Of a DNA stretch of 64,000 nucleotides, positions 21,700 to 34,101 are shown piece after piece. Source of the DNA: Paraspadella gotoi (Eukaryota; Animalia; Chaetognatha); contig CM119265.1 in NCBI GenBank assembly GCA_051294375.1, positions 14,794,963 through 14,858,962 on the forward strand. The letters run 5' to 3'. The notes beneath the pieces were generated by a model that had not been told where the DNA came from, did not search any database, and saw only the letters and a program-made list of their open reading frames with translations. Each line of letters opens with the position of its first letter. Position 1 is the first letter of the stretch. Both the position numbers and the translations under genes were made by a program.

Positions 21700-21896
21700 A
21701 CATAATTTTGATAAAAAATAGTGTAATATTTATATTAGTACATGCAGAGGAGAGTTAAAACAAGAAACGGCAAATTCAACATAATGCACCGAATTAACTT
21801 TCTTATTGCATTTTCAGATGATCACTTGATTATATATAAATATAATATAGCATATTAAACCACAAAAAAAAAAGATTAAAAAATTTAAAAATATAT

Positions 21897-23022
21897 AAAC
21901 AAGTTTGAGCAATGTTGGATCTTCCCAGGATAATTAAGCGGTAAACAGCTAAATAAATAAACAAATAAATATTAAATAAATACTATAGTAGAAATAATTA
22001 CAAATTAAGTACAAATAAATTTTTCAACTATTATTTTTTTTTCAACTTGCATACTTTTTTTCAACTCTCATCATTTTTTTCAACTCACATCATTTTTTTC
22101 ACTTCGCATCATTTTTTTCAACTCGCATCATTTTTTTCAACTTGCATCATTTTTTAACTTGTATCTTTTTTTTCAACTCGCATCATTTTTTTCAACTTGC
22201 ACCATTTTTTCAACTCGCATCATTTTTTTTCAACTTGCATCATTTTTTTCAAATTGCATCATTTTTTTACTTAATTACTTAATTTATTAATTAATTAAAT
22301 AATTAATTAAAACATTCATGATTGAGCATAAATAATAAAAATACAAGTCAACTTGTCTTTGGTATTTTTCCATGCAAACTCATTTCCACTCCTTGATTCC
22401 TTGATTGATTAATTGACCGATTAGTTAATTATTTATTAATTGACTAACTGATTAACTAACTGATTAATTATTTGATTAATTAATACATCTTGCATTTACA
22501 TTTAATATAAAAAGAAAAAGATGCATAATAAATTAGTAAAATAGGTTTTTTATTTTTTTCATTTAAACCCATTTCCACTCAGACAATTCCATCGAAACTT
22601 GATTTCCAGCTTAATCACACACTTTCCTACCCACATACAAAATTTCAAGTCAATCGCCCCGTCCACTCATGAGTAATTGGCGTTCAAATAGTGAAATAGA
22701 TTTTTTTGTTTTTTCCATTTTAACTCATTTTCACTTGCACGATTCCATCGAAACTTCATATACAGATCAATCACACTCTTCCCTACCCCTCATTCCAATC
22801 CAACCATCCAATCATGAGTAATTGAAGTTTTTTGCTAAGGCGGGACGGATGGAAAGACATACGGACGGACGGACGAACATCATTTTTTTTGCATAATTTA
22901 TCATAATTCGATGTTCTGACATGTAATAAGTTAATGCCCGACAAGATTGAGGGGACGGACCGACGGACTGACAAAGTGAATTATAGAGTCGGGATCTGCT
23001 GATAAGCAGATCCGACTAAAAA
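21897..23022 (-). mobile_element. HINE/DINE-1-like element, second copy, with internal ~20-bp minisatellite (22040-22270)
   Basis: Same termini and ~600 bp shared with 20220-20890. Confidence 0.85.
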
Positions 23023-23318
23023 CTTGCCAATAAAATATTTAGTTTAATTCTAATCTCAATGGCTTCGAAGCAGAAATACAACGGCAAAAGGTATAAATTA
23101 GGTCGTACACAGAGACAAAAGACGCACTAACTGATCAAAAAGTGGCTTAGAGTTGGTCTGTAAGTACTAGCATTAAAACTGATTAAAAACATAATCGTTA
23201 TGATTAGTTATTTTTTTCGAATTGCCCGAAAAATAAGTAAAATAACTTTTTTTTCATTAAAAATATATTAAATCATAACAGTACCTGTATTAACTTTATC
23301 TCATTTACTTCTAAAAAC

Positions 23319-25956
23319 CTTCAGAAAATCCAGGAATTGGTACAGGAATTTGTGTGGAAGATCCTGTATTATTTGAGATCGTTGCTGTAGGACCTGAAGC
23401 ATTGGTAGTCGGTAAAGCTCTTGACTTGTTTGATGCCGAAAATGAAGTTAAAGGTAAACTTCCATTTGTCCAAGTTGTTGTGCTTCTTTGGGTTAAACCA
23501 GAAACTGAATGTGAAGAGAAAGTAACAGTAGTGGATGTATTAGAAATCTTGGTTGTATTTCCCGGGTTTAAAGTGGATTCCATTTGGGATGAAGAAGTTG
23601 ACAATGATGAGGGTAAACTTTCTTTAGCCGCACTGGATGACTTAGAGGGTTGGATCGGTGGTCCAGTTGATATTGCTGGAGAAGTAGTATTGCTAGTCGT
23701 TTTAGTTGTGCTTTCAGCAGATTTTATTGTGGTTGTCTTGTTTGAATGAAAGCTTGATGTAAAGTAGCCTGTGGTACCTGTCTTTGGCGTAATGGAAGTG
23801 TTTGAACTGGTTTTTGTGTAGGTTGAAGTAGGCAACGATGTGTGTAAACTTTCATTAGCTGATCTCGATGACTTAGAGGATTGGGTTAAAGGTACAGTGG
23901 AGATTGTTGTTGGAAAGGAAGTATTACTAGTCGTTTTAGTAGTGCTTTCAGCAGGTTTTTTTGTGGTTGTCTTGTTGGCTAGCCCTGAAGTTTTTGAATG
24001 AGAGCTTGAAGTTGAATTAAATTTGCTTGTCGTACCTGTCATTGATGTGTTGGAAGGTTTGGAAGTGGTTACTGCTTGGGATGAAGATGGAGGCAATGAA
24101 GATGAAACACTTTCATTAGCTGATGTAGATGACTTAGAGGGTTGGGTTAAAGGTACAGTGGAAAATGTTATTGGAAAAGAAGTATTACTAGTCGTTTTAG
24201 TAGTGCTTTCAGCAGGTTTTATTGTGGTTGTCTTGTTGGCTTGCCCTGAAGTTTTTGAATGAGAGCTTGAAGTTGAATTAAATTTGCTTGTAGTACCTGT
24301 CATTGATGTTTTGGAAGGTTTTGAAGTGGTTACTGCTTGGGCGAATGCAATGACATGCGAGGCTAATGAACGCATAAAACACTTTCATTAGCTGATGTAG
24401 ATAACTTAGAGGGTTGGGTTAAAGGTACAGGAGGAGATTGTTGTTGGAAAAGAAGTATTACTAGTCGTTTTAAGTTGTGCTTTCAGCAGGTTTTATGTGG
24501 TCGTCTTGTTACCGAGCCCATAGAAGTTGGAATAGTAATGAGACCTAGTTTAATGTGTGAAATAAATTTGCTTGTAGTACCTGTCATTGATGTTTTGGAA
24601 GGTTTTGAAGTGGTTACTGCTTGGGATGAAGATGGAGGCAATGAAGATGGAACACTTTCATTAGCTGATGTAGATAACTTAGAGGGTTGGGTTAAAGGTA
24701 CAGAGGAGATTGTTGTTGGAAAAGAAGTATTACTAGTCGTTTTAGTTGTGCTTGGCCGACCGATACTTCATCAAACAGTTAGGGGCTTAATAGTACATTT
24801 TCTAATGAAGAAAGAAGCTATATACTTAAGTCGTATTTAGTTTTGTGCTTTCAGCAGAGTTTTTATAGTGGTTCGTCTTGTTAGACCAGAGACCCGCGCG
24901 TGAATCAGTTGGTTAAAGAATGAGAAGCTGAAGAAGATACTCGAAAAAATTTAAATTTGCTTGTAGTACACAAATGAAATATTTCTGGCGAGGTATGCCA
25001 GTATGAAAAGCGTTCTAAATAAGTCTGGGTTTTCCGACCCTCTGCATGGGTGAGACCTGAAGTTGAAGTTTTAGAAGTTGTTTCTATTTGAGTTGAAGAA
25101 GTATGCAATGAAGAGGGAACACTTTTATTAGCTGATCTAGATGACTCAGTGGGTCGGGTTAAAGGCACAGTGGAGATTGTTGTTGGAGATGTAGTGTTAC
25201 TAGTCGTTTTAGTAGTACTTTCAGCAGGTTTTATTGTGGTTGTCTTGTGGGTGAGACCTGAGGTTTTCCATTTAGAGCTTGAAGTAGAAGTAAATTTAGT
25301 TGTACTACCTGTCTTTTCTGTATTGGAGGATTTTGAAGTTATTTCTATTTGGGTTGAAAAAGTAGGCAATGATCCAGATGACTGAGAGGGTTGGGTAAAA
25401 GGTACAGTGGAGATTGTTGTTGGAGATGTAGTGTTACTAGTCGTTTTAGAAGTGCTTTCAGCAGGTTTTATTGTGGTTGTCTTGTTGGTGAGACCTGAGG
25501 TTTTGAATTCAGAGCTTGAAGTAGAAGTAAATTTGCTTGTACTTCCTGTCTTTGCTGTATTGGAAGGTTTTGAAGTTGTTTCTATTTGGGTTGAAGATGG
25601 AGGCAATGCTCTAGATGATTGAGAGGGTTGGGTTAAAAGTACAGTGGAGATTGATGTTGGAGTTGAAGGTTCAGTGAATATTGTTGTTGAAGTAGGATTA
25701 TTGGTAGATTTCATCGTAGTTTTCACTGTTTTTAACGAGGTAATCTTGCTCGCTGGCCTAGAAGTTTGAGAATGAGTGTCTGTGAGTGATAGTGACGAAG
25801 TAGAGTGTTTCAAAGTTGGATCTTCTTTGGTTGAATAAGTAGGTAATGACGAGGATAACAATTTTGAATTAAAAGTTTGGGTTGTATTTAATGTAGTTTT
25901 CTCAGTGGTTTGATTTTCCGAAATTTTCATACGCAGATGACGTTTTTCTTCAGTCT
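23319..25956 (-). CDS. mucin-like PTS exon with ~230-260-bp repeats (frameshifts probably assembly errors)
   Basis: Thr/Ser/Pro-rich ORFs 23311-24375 and 24905-25930 with many NxT/S sequons; acceptor ttctcag| at 25957; phase matches the upstream exon; donor uncertain. Confidence 0.8.
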
Positions 25957-26115
25957 CTGAGAATCAAATGAAAGTAAATTTTATAATAAGGTGATTATTG
26001 TACATGAATAGTTCAAAAAAGCTTTTCTTTTAAGCCTTACTATTTTTAATTATCTAGTTATGTAGTCGGGCATTGCCGAGGTTCACCCGCCTAGAATCAT
26101 GACACTTTCAGTTGT

Positions 26116-26187
26116 GACCCGGTGGCTCATTGAGTAAAGCCATCAGCTCACGACCACTAGGTACCGGGTTCAATCCCACCCGGTACC
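26116..26187 (+). promoter_or_regulatory. tRNA-derived Pol III type-2 promoter in LTR (second copy ~26520-26593)
   Basis: A box TGGCTCATTGAG, B box GGTTCAATCCC at tRNA-like spacing; cloverleaf degenerate, so not a functional tRNA. Confidence 0.75.
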
Positions 26188-26193
26188 TTCCCT

Positions 26194-26272
26194 GCGGGAA
26201 GCGTGAGGACGGCCATAAGCCGCCTTGGGGGCATGGCAAACCCTCAGCCTGGTTCCAAGCCCAGGGACCCGT
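26194..26272 (+). ncRNA. twister ribozyme, P5 type (5' LTR)
   Basis: GCGGG-AA-GCGT-GAGGA-CGGCCA-TAA-GCC-GC-P3-CCTG-GTTCCAAGCC-CAGG-GA-CCCGT; T1 TCC:GGA; P2 short and bulged. Confidence 0.75.
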
Positions 26273-26599
26273 TCCATGGCTGCTAGAGGGGGTTATAGAA
26301 GTTACGGACAGTCATCTTCAGCCCACGTAGCGCCTTATCCACACTGGTGAGCCCATCCTGTCGAGCGTATTCCAACCTTCTGATTCCAGGCCCTTGGTCT
26401 AGCTGAAGATTGCTCCCCTCCCTTCACTGGAAGCAGTGCAGGGTGGGTTACAATCTGGGGGGCATGTAGTCGGGCATTGCCTAGGTTCACCCGCCTAGAA
26501 TCATGACACTTTCAGTAGTGACCCGGTGGCTCATTGAGTAAAGCCATCAGCTCATGACCACTAGGTACCGGGTTCAATCCCAACCCAGGTACCTACCCT

Positions 26600-26679
26600 G
26601 CGGGAAGCGTGAGGACGACCGTAAGCCGCCTTGGGGGCATGGCAAACCCTCAAGCCTGGTTCCAAGCCCAGGGACCCGT
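26600..26679 (+). ncRNA. twister ribozyme, P5 type (3' LTR)
   Basis: Same fold; P1 CGACCG; P3 CTTGGGGG:CCCTCAAG. Confidence 0.75.
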
Positions 26680-27561
26680 TCCATGGCTGCTAGAGGGGGT
26701 TTAGAAGTTACGGACAGTCATCTTTAGCCCACGTAGCGCCTTATCCACAGTTATACACTTATAAATATAAAATAGTATTGAATCTGTTAATTTAATTTGG
26801 TTTGTATGCCAAAAAAATATAAATAATACAGTTATTTCCTGAGTAAGTATGATTCTATAAATCATATTGTTCTGAGACCACATAATGTCAATTTTTTTTT
26901 AAAATTAATAACATCAAAAATTATTTAAATAAATTTGGTTGTAATAGTAAAACTAATGTTGTCATGAGACATGCCATTACACTTTCTTATAATTAAAAAT
27001 ATATTTTGATAAAAATGCTGTTTTTAAATCAAATTAAAACCATTAGTCATTAACATAGATTAGTTTTTTTTAATGTTACCATCTTGATTCTATTTTATTT
27101 TGTAGCTGATATGTGCTATAGTATCATTCTTGATATGAATTAAAATTCTCTTAAAAACAGGTCAATGATTTCTGAATATATTGAGTGGTGCTGATGAGTT
27201 GCATGATTTTCAGTAATAGCAGCCAAATTTACCCCGTATCCATGTAATGCAAAAGATTTATAAACAAATTTATTTTTAGGTGCTTGTAACCCAGATTAAA
27301 CCTAATAATATAGTTAAAGTATACTCATGTGCATAAAAAACGCGCTACTTTATAATATTAAATTCCAAAAGCTTCTTATACTTTTATTCTATTTTTATTT
27401 TAAAAATTATATAAAAAAATTAAAGCTTTTTTCAAAAAAGAATCAATCGGTCAAGTAGTTTAAGAGATGTTTTTTTAAACTTCAGTGTTCAAAAAAAATT
27501 GAATAGTTATATTTTATTTAAAAGCTTCAGAATCATTGACCTGTAATTCCTTTTTTTTAAC

Positions 27562-29950
27562 CTGATCTGGAGGTTGTGGTTATCTCTAGTTTTGTAGAAG
27601 TAGAAGCTTTAGAAGTTGTACTAGTTTTTGATGGTGTGGATGATGTTGTTCCAGAATTTACAGTTTGAGTTGTTCCTTTAGATCCTAAGGTAGTGGTTGT
27701 ATCTGGTTTATTGGAAATTGTAATTGGATAGGTTGTACTCGTCTTTAATGATGTGGATAATGTGGTTCCAGAATAGATAGTTTGAGTTGTTCCATCAGAT
27801 CCTCTGGTTGTAGATATTTTTGGTTTAGTAGAAGTTGTACGAGTGTTTGATGGTGCTGGTGATGTGGTTTCAGAATATACAGTTTGAGTTGTTCCTTCAG
27901 ATCGTGAAGTCGTACTTGTGTTTGATGGTACTGGGGTCGTGGTAGTGGTAGTGGTAGGATTAGTTGTTTCAGAATATACAGTTTGTGTTGTTCCTTTAGA
28001 TCCTGTAGTTGTGGTTACATCTGGGTTAGTGGAAATAGAAATTGAAAAAGTTGGACCAGTGCTTGATGGTGTGAATGACGTACCTCCAGAATGTACAGTT
28101 TGAGTTGTTACATTAGATCCTGTAGTTGTGGTTATAGTGGAAATAGAATTTGGAGAAGTGGTACCAGCATTAGATGATGTGAATGTTGTCGCTTCAGAAT
28201 GTACAGTTTGAGTTGTTACATTAGATCCATGGAGTTGTGGTTATATTTGGGTAGTAGAAAATAGAATTGGAGAAGTTGTACCAGTGTTTGATGGTGTGGA
28301 TGAAGTAGCTCCAGAATGTACAGTTTGAGTTGTTACATTAGATCCTGGAGTTGTGGTTATATTTTGGGTTAGTAGAAATAGAGTTGGAGAAGTTGTACCA
28401 GTGTTTGATGGTGTGGACGTTGTAGCTCCAGAATGAACAGTTTGAGTTGTTACTTAGATCCTGGAGTGGTGGTTGTATTGGGTTAGTATAAATAGAAGTT
28501 GGAGAAGTTGTACAGTGTTTGATGGTGTGGATGATGAGCTCCAGAAAGACAGTTTGAGTTGTTACATTAGATCCTGGAGTTGTGGTTATATTTGGTTAGT
28601 ATAATAGAAGTTGGAAAGTTGTTCCAGTGTTTGATGGTGTGGATGTAGCTCCAGAAAGTACAGTTTGAGTTGTTACATTAGATCCTGGAGTTGTGGTTAT
28701 ATTTGGGTTAGTAGAAATAGAAGTTAGAGAAGTTGTACCAGTGTTTATGGTTGTTGGATGATGTAGCTCCAGAATGTACAGTTTGAGTTGTTACATTGAT
28801 CCTGGAGTTGTAGTTATATTTTGGGTTAGTAGAAATATAAGTTGGAGAAGTTGTACAGTGTTTGATGGAGTGGATGATGTAGCTCCAGAATGTACAGTTT
28901 GAGTTGTTACATTAGATCCTGGAGTTGTGGTTATGTGTTGGTTAGTAGAAATAGAAGTTGGAGAAGTTGTACCAGTGTTTTGATGGTGTGGGATGATGTA
29001 GCTCCAGAATGTACAGTTTGAGTTGTTACATTAGATCCTGGAGTTGTGGTTATATTTGGTTAGTAAGAAATAGAAGTTGGAAAAAGTTGTACCAGTGTGT
29101 TGATGGTGTGGAATGTTTGTAGCTCCCAGAATGTACAGTTTTGAGTTGTTATATTAGATCCTGGAGTTGTTTATATTTGGGTTAGTAGTAATAGAAGTTG
29201 GAGAAGTTGTACCAGTGTTTGATGGTGTGGATGATGTAGTCCCAGAATAAACAGTTTGAGTTGTTACATTAGATCCTGGAGTTGTGGTTATATTTGGGTT
29301 AGTAGAAATAGAAGTTGGAGAAGTTGTACCAGTGTTTGATGGTGTGGATGATGTAGCTCCAGAATGTACAGTTTGAGTTGTTCCATTAAGATCCTGGAGT
29401 TGTGGTTATATTTTGACTTAGAAGAAAAATAAGTTGGAGAAGTTGTACCAGTGTTTGATGGTGTGGATGATGTAGCTCCAGAATAAACAGTTTGAGTTGT
29501 TACATTAGATCCTGGAGTTGTGGTTATATTTGGGTTAGTATAAATAGAAGTTGGAGAACGTTGTTCCAGTGTTTGTTGTTGTGGATGATGTTGCTCCAGA
29601 ATGTACAGTTTGAGTTGTTACATTAGATCCTATAGTTGTGGTTATATTTGGGTTAGTAGAAATAGAAGTTGGAGAAGTTGTACCAGTGTTTGATGGTGTG
29701 GATGAAGTAGCTCCAGAATGAATTGTTATATTAGATCCTGTGGATGTGGTTACAGAACTTAATGTTGTTCCAGTATTTGTAGTTGATCCATTTTTTTTAG
29801 CAATAGTTGGAGTGGTAAACACTGAAGAAGTATTAAATGGAGAGGTTTTAGTTTTTCTGCCAGATGCTGAACTTGTAGTTATATTTGGTTTGGAAGAATT
29901 TCCTGATATTCCTTCTGAAGTGGATGTTAACATTGTTGTCGAAGAGGTAG
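27562..29950 (-). CDS. mucin-like PTS exon with 117-bp (39-aa) tandem repeats
   Basis: Acceptor tttacag| at 29951, donor |gttaaa at 27561; about 13-14 repeats encoding GSNVTTQTVHSGATSSTPSNTGTTSPTSISTNPNITTTP, with indel noise. Confidence 0.8.
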
Positions 29951-30189
29951 CTGTAAATGAAAAATTTAATTTGAAAAACACCATTATTTTTATCATGTCG
30001 ATTAGGAAAATACCTGATGAATCTCTTTTTAAGCCAAAAATTATCAAAATTATTTGCTATTGTTATAAATAATTGTAAGCAAAATGATTGTATAGTGGCT
30101 TGAGTTTGTTAAATTCAGTTGTACGAAATTATCTCAATGTATAGAAAATGTTTATTATTGATGATTATTAAAAACTTCTTTAGCTTCGA

Positions 30190-30635
30190 TTTGAGGGAGC
30201 AGCCATTGAGGTTATCATGGGATATCATTGGGTATGGAAACCAGCTTGGAGAGCAGCTACACATTATAGGGGAAAGGGACCCGTTGCTTGCAGAGTAAAG
30301 ATTAAACCTGAAACTCTTGGAGATTCAAGCAACCACCGAGTAAGGATCACACAGAAAAAGTTGATTCTTATAAGTATAAGGCCCCATATTATAATCCATC
30401 CTGGTGTCAGATGCCCATCGATTGACCAAAGGTCTCCGCCTGGCTCGTTGATGTGGGGTGTTCCACCACTGTTTTTGATAAGCGAATCATAGTTTGGAGA
30501 TAGATTGAAACGTCCTCCATCACGGTTCAAAGAGGGCTCGAGGGCCTTGATGTAAATCGCCTCTCTAATACCTCTTGAGAACCAGTTGGTCATGGGACAG
30601 CACGAGACAGTCTTCCTCTCTGAATTCAATTCCAT
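30190..30635 (-). mobile_element. Penelope-like element 3' fragment (end of GIY-YIG endonuclease + pLTR)
   Basis: NWFSRGIREAIYIKALEPSLNRDGGRFNLSPNYDSL fits the EAxxI...PxLNRDxG C-terminus of Penelope ORFs; left limit approximate. Confidence 0.8.
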
Positions 30636-31034
30636 TTTCTATGGAATGGTAAATTTATCTTTTGAAGTAGCTTCATTAAAATTGAATGCATCAATTAATT
30701 CTTCTCATAAATTTAATTAATTAATTTAATTTTAATTTTAGTTTTTTATAACTATCATAGTAACATAAATAATTTTTTATCATTGAGTCTCATTCTCGAA
30801 TCTGAAATAAATTGAACATTATGAATTAAAAATCAAGAATTGAAAATCAAGTAGTGTAGTACTAGTAATCATCAAGAAGTGATGATTGAGAATTGACGTT
30901 AAAGTGGCTATCGTAAAGTAACAATTGGAAAGTGACAATGAGGAAGTTAAGATTGGGAAGTGTCGATGGGGAAGAGATGATTGGAAAAAGACGATCGTGA
31001 AAGAATGATCAGGAAGTAACAATCTTGAATTGAT

Positions 31035-31220
31035 TGGTCAACTGGCCTAATTTGGTCATCTGGCATAAATTTGGTCAATTGGCATAATTTTGTCAATTGG
31101 CATAATTGGTCAATTGGCATAATTTGGTCAATTGGCATAGTTTGTACCACTGGCATAGTTTGGTCAACTGGCATAATTTGGTAAACTGCATAATTTGGTC
31201 AAATTGCATAATGTGATCAA
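31035..31220. repeat. 18-bp minisatellite (tggcataatttggtcaat)
   Basis: about 10 tandem copies. Confidence 0.85.
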
Positions 31221-31769
31221 CAATTGTATAGTTTTTCAAAAGGAAAGGCCAAAATTTTTAAATATTCTTATGATAAAAGGTAAAAAATAAGAAAAACCAT
31301 AAAAAATCGTCATAATCATTTTTCAGTGATTTTATCAGTTTTTTTATATTTTTATTGAGAAAACGTAAGAATTTTTAAAAGCTGTAATTCTATTTCTTGT
31401 TGAGCTTTTATTCTCTATCAGAATCCAACAAAAAATTTTAAGATTTCAAAAAAATTTCTCTATAACTATATAGAAATATAATGAATTTAATTAGGCTAGT
31501 ACCCTAAGAAAAAAGCATTTTTGAAAAAAAATATTTTAATACTATATTCTATGCTCATGATAGATTATTTTAACGCTATATACATTAGCATTTAAATATC
31601 ATCGGCTATGGCTTATAGAGAGAGAAACATAATAATCATAACTAGATCATAACATTATAAATCATAACAGATTTCAAAATTAATCATTTAAAAAATTTAT
31701 CAATCAATCCTTTGACCTATTAACAATCAATCAATCAATCAATCAAACTTTTCATCGTATTTTTTATCC

Positions 31770-32030
31770 CGCATAATCACACAAAATTTCATTCTAATCC
31801 ATACCTCCAATCACGAGTAATTGGAATTAAATGCTAAGGGGGACGGATGGACGAACGGACGGATGGGCAGATGGATAGAGAGATAGACGGACCTCATTTT
31901 TTTGCACAATTTATCATAATTCAATGTTCTGATATGATAAAAATAATTTACTGACAAGATTTAGGGTGGGACCGACGGACCGACAAAGTGTATTATAGAG
32001 TCAGAATCAGCTATAAGCAGATCCAACTCA
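31770..32030 (-). mobile_element. HINE/DINE-1-like partial copy (another remnant at ~33540-33650)
   Basis: Homology to 20620-20885. Confidence 0.75.
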
Positions 32031-32050
32031 CAATATTAGTTTAAAATATA

Positions 32051-32927
32051 TTTTTATCGAGCCTACCGGCGAAGCCGGTTCAGGCTCGATTATTGATTCA
32101 GGTCAGCTTCTTTGTGACGTCGTCGTCATCGTCGTCGTCGTCGGCGTCACGCTTTTTTGTTTAAAAACTAGTAAGTAAGTTAAAAATTTAGATATGGCTT
32201 CTCATCTTAAAATAGCTTTGATATTTTCTTATTACATTTGGATTTAAGTATTTTTTGTTTGAATTTCTACTTCATTATGATTTACTGCAATATGCAAATA
32301 AGATTATAGTACTCATTATAATATCCAAATTAGTATATAGAAATGCTTTAATCTAATTTACATATTGCAGTATATAATATTGAAGATGAAATTAAAAAAA
32401 AAATTTTAAATCTATAATAAAAATGGAAAATCAAAGGACCTTTTTAATGAGAAGCTATATCTTAATTTTAATACAAATAAAAATAAAATCTTTCACAAGC
32501 TATGATTGGAAAAAATTGTAACAATTTCCAATTGTAAACATTTTTTTTCCTTTCTTTTATACCTTTAAATTATATATATATATTTTTTTGTCAGTTGCTG
32601 CCTCTTCTGAACCCTTTAAAAACGAGTTCAGGCTCTGCAGTGATTGTTCAACTGCCTTCCAGCGGCTGTCCAGCTTTCTCTCTTTCTCTCTCTGTCTCTG
32701 TCTGTCTCTTTCTGTCTCTCTCTTTCTGTCTCTCTCTGTCTCTGTCTCTCTCCCTCTCTCTGTACGATCTCTTGCGTGATCATTTTTTGAAAAATTTTGA
32801 TTATTTTTTTCCTTTTAAAAACTTTTATTATCGCAATTTATTCTGCGCTTTTTTCTCAATGCAAAATCCCAAATTTACATCCGAGATTTTTGTGGATTTA
32901 TTTTCTTTCTTTCTCTCTCTCTTTCTT

Positions 32928-32959
<32 letters not shown>

Positions 32960-33220
32960 ACTCATACACGTATTTGTTTGTTTTATTTATGATGAATGAT
33001 TCATTGCGTCAATGAATGACTATCATCGCATCAAAGAATGACTATCATCATATCAATGAATGATTATCATCACATCAATGAATGACTATCATCGCATCAA
33101 TCATTTGGTTATTATCACATCAATCATTTGGTTATCATCACATCAATCCTTTTGTTATCATCGCATCAAAATTTGGTTATCATTGAAGGTAGGCGAGATC
33201 CTATTCTTTTAAGATTTTTC
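32051..33220 (+). mobile_element. second HINE-like family
   Basis: T run + ATCGAGCCTACC..CAGGCTCGAT palindrome, GTC microsatellite, distal partial IR GGTAGGCGAGAT (~33188), internal ~21-bp repeats at 33000-33185. Confidence 0.55.
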
Positions 33221-34101
33221 ATTTGTAGTTGTTGTAAGTTTATGATGACAGTAGTCTTATTCTTGCAGCATACAATGCATACATACTAAAGCGTAGCAAA
33301 AATATTAAAATCAAGTTTAATCAAAATTTGAATAGTAGATCATGAACTGCCTTGTACCTGTAAACATTTTTAAATAAAAAAAAGTTATTTTTTTATTTTT
33401 CAATATTTATACATAGTACTCACCATAAAAAAGGTTACATTTTTTAAATGTTTTTTTCTTATCTTTGAAAGCAGATTTGAATTCCTCACGAAAAGTTGAT
33501 AAAAGGAAATATAACAGTCAAAAAGATGGACATCATTTATTGTAATTCGATGTTCTAAGATGATCCTAGTGATTTACTTTCAAGATATTGGGGTGGGACC
33601 GACGGAATAAAAAGTGGAATAAAGAGTCGGGATCTGCTAATAAGTTGTCAGAAACCATATTTTTAGTCGCGCCGCGGGTAATGACTAAAAAACTATTAAT
33701 CAGTCAGTCCCACTTACATTTATAATGTCTAAACGCAATGTAGTATTGTTTTATTTAAGTTAATAATCCGAAGGAAACATGGACACGTTAACAAAATGTC
33801 ATTTTCGCACAATCATGAAAAATTTAAAATATTTCATACTTGTGTATGAGTCAATGTTAATGCGGTACAACACCTACCGAATATTGCCATAACTTGTTTA
33901 CTCACTGCAAAGTTTTTTCATTAGAATTTTTAACAAATTGAACGCCACACCTGACCGAAAGCTTCAGGAAAATTACTTTAAAGAAAATTCTCTTCATTAT
34001 TTAAAATTAAATTTAAACGCAAAAAAAGAGATTCATAAAAAAGAAACTGCGTCCTAATGAAGAATATCACTGAGCATATTTAGCATTCCTCGTTCAATCT
34101 A

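Larger units (their letters stand above)
26061..26749 (+). mobile_element. complete TRIM, tRNA/twister family 1 (Helenus-like), in a mucin intron
   Basis: LTRs 26061-26343 and 26465-26749 with TG...CA; PBS TGGTGAGCCC at 26345; G6 PPT at 26457-26462; 4-bp TSD GTTA. Confidence 0.95.

Noticed and set aside
26116-26187. Functional tRNA gene (CAT/CAC anticodon-like loop)
   Set aside because: Anticodon and T stems do not pair fully and the loop varies between copies
26210-26295. P1-type twister parse using the downstream GAGGG
   Set aside because: Needs a 5-nt insertion before the catalytic G; the upstream GAGGA gives Watson-Crick T1 and matches family 2
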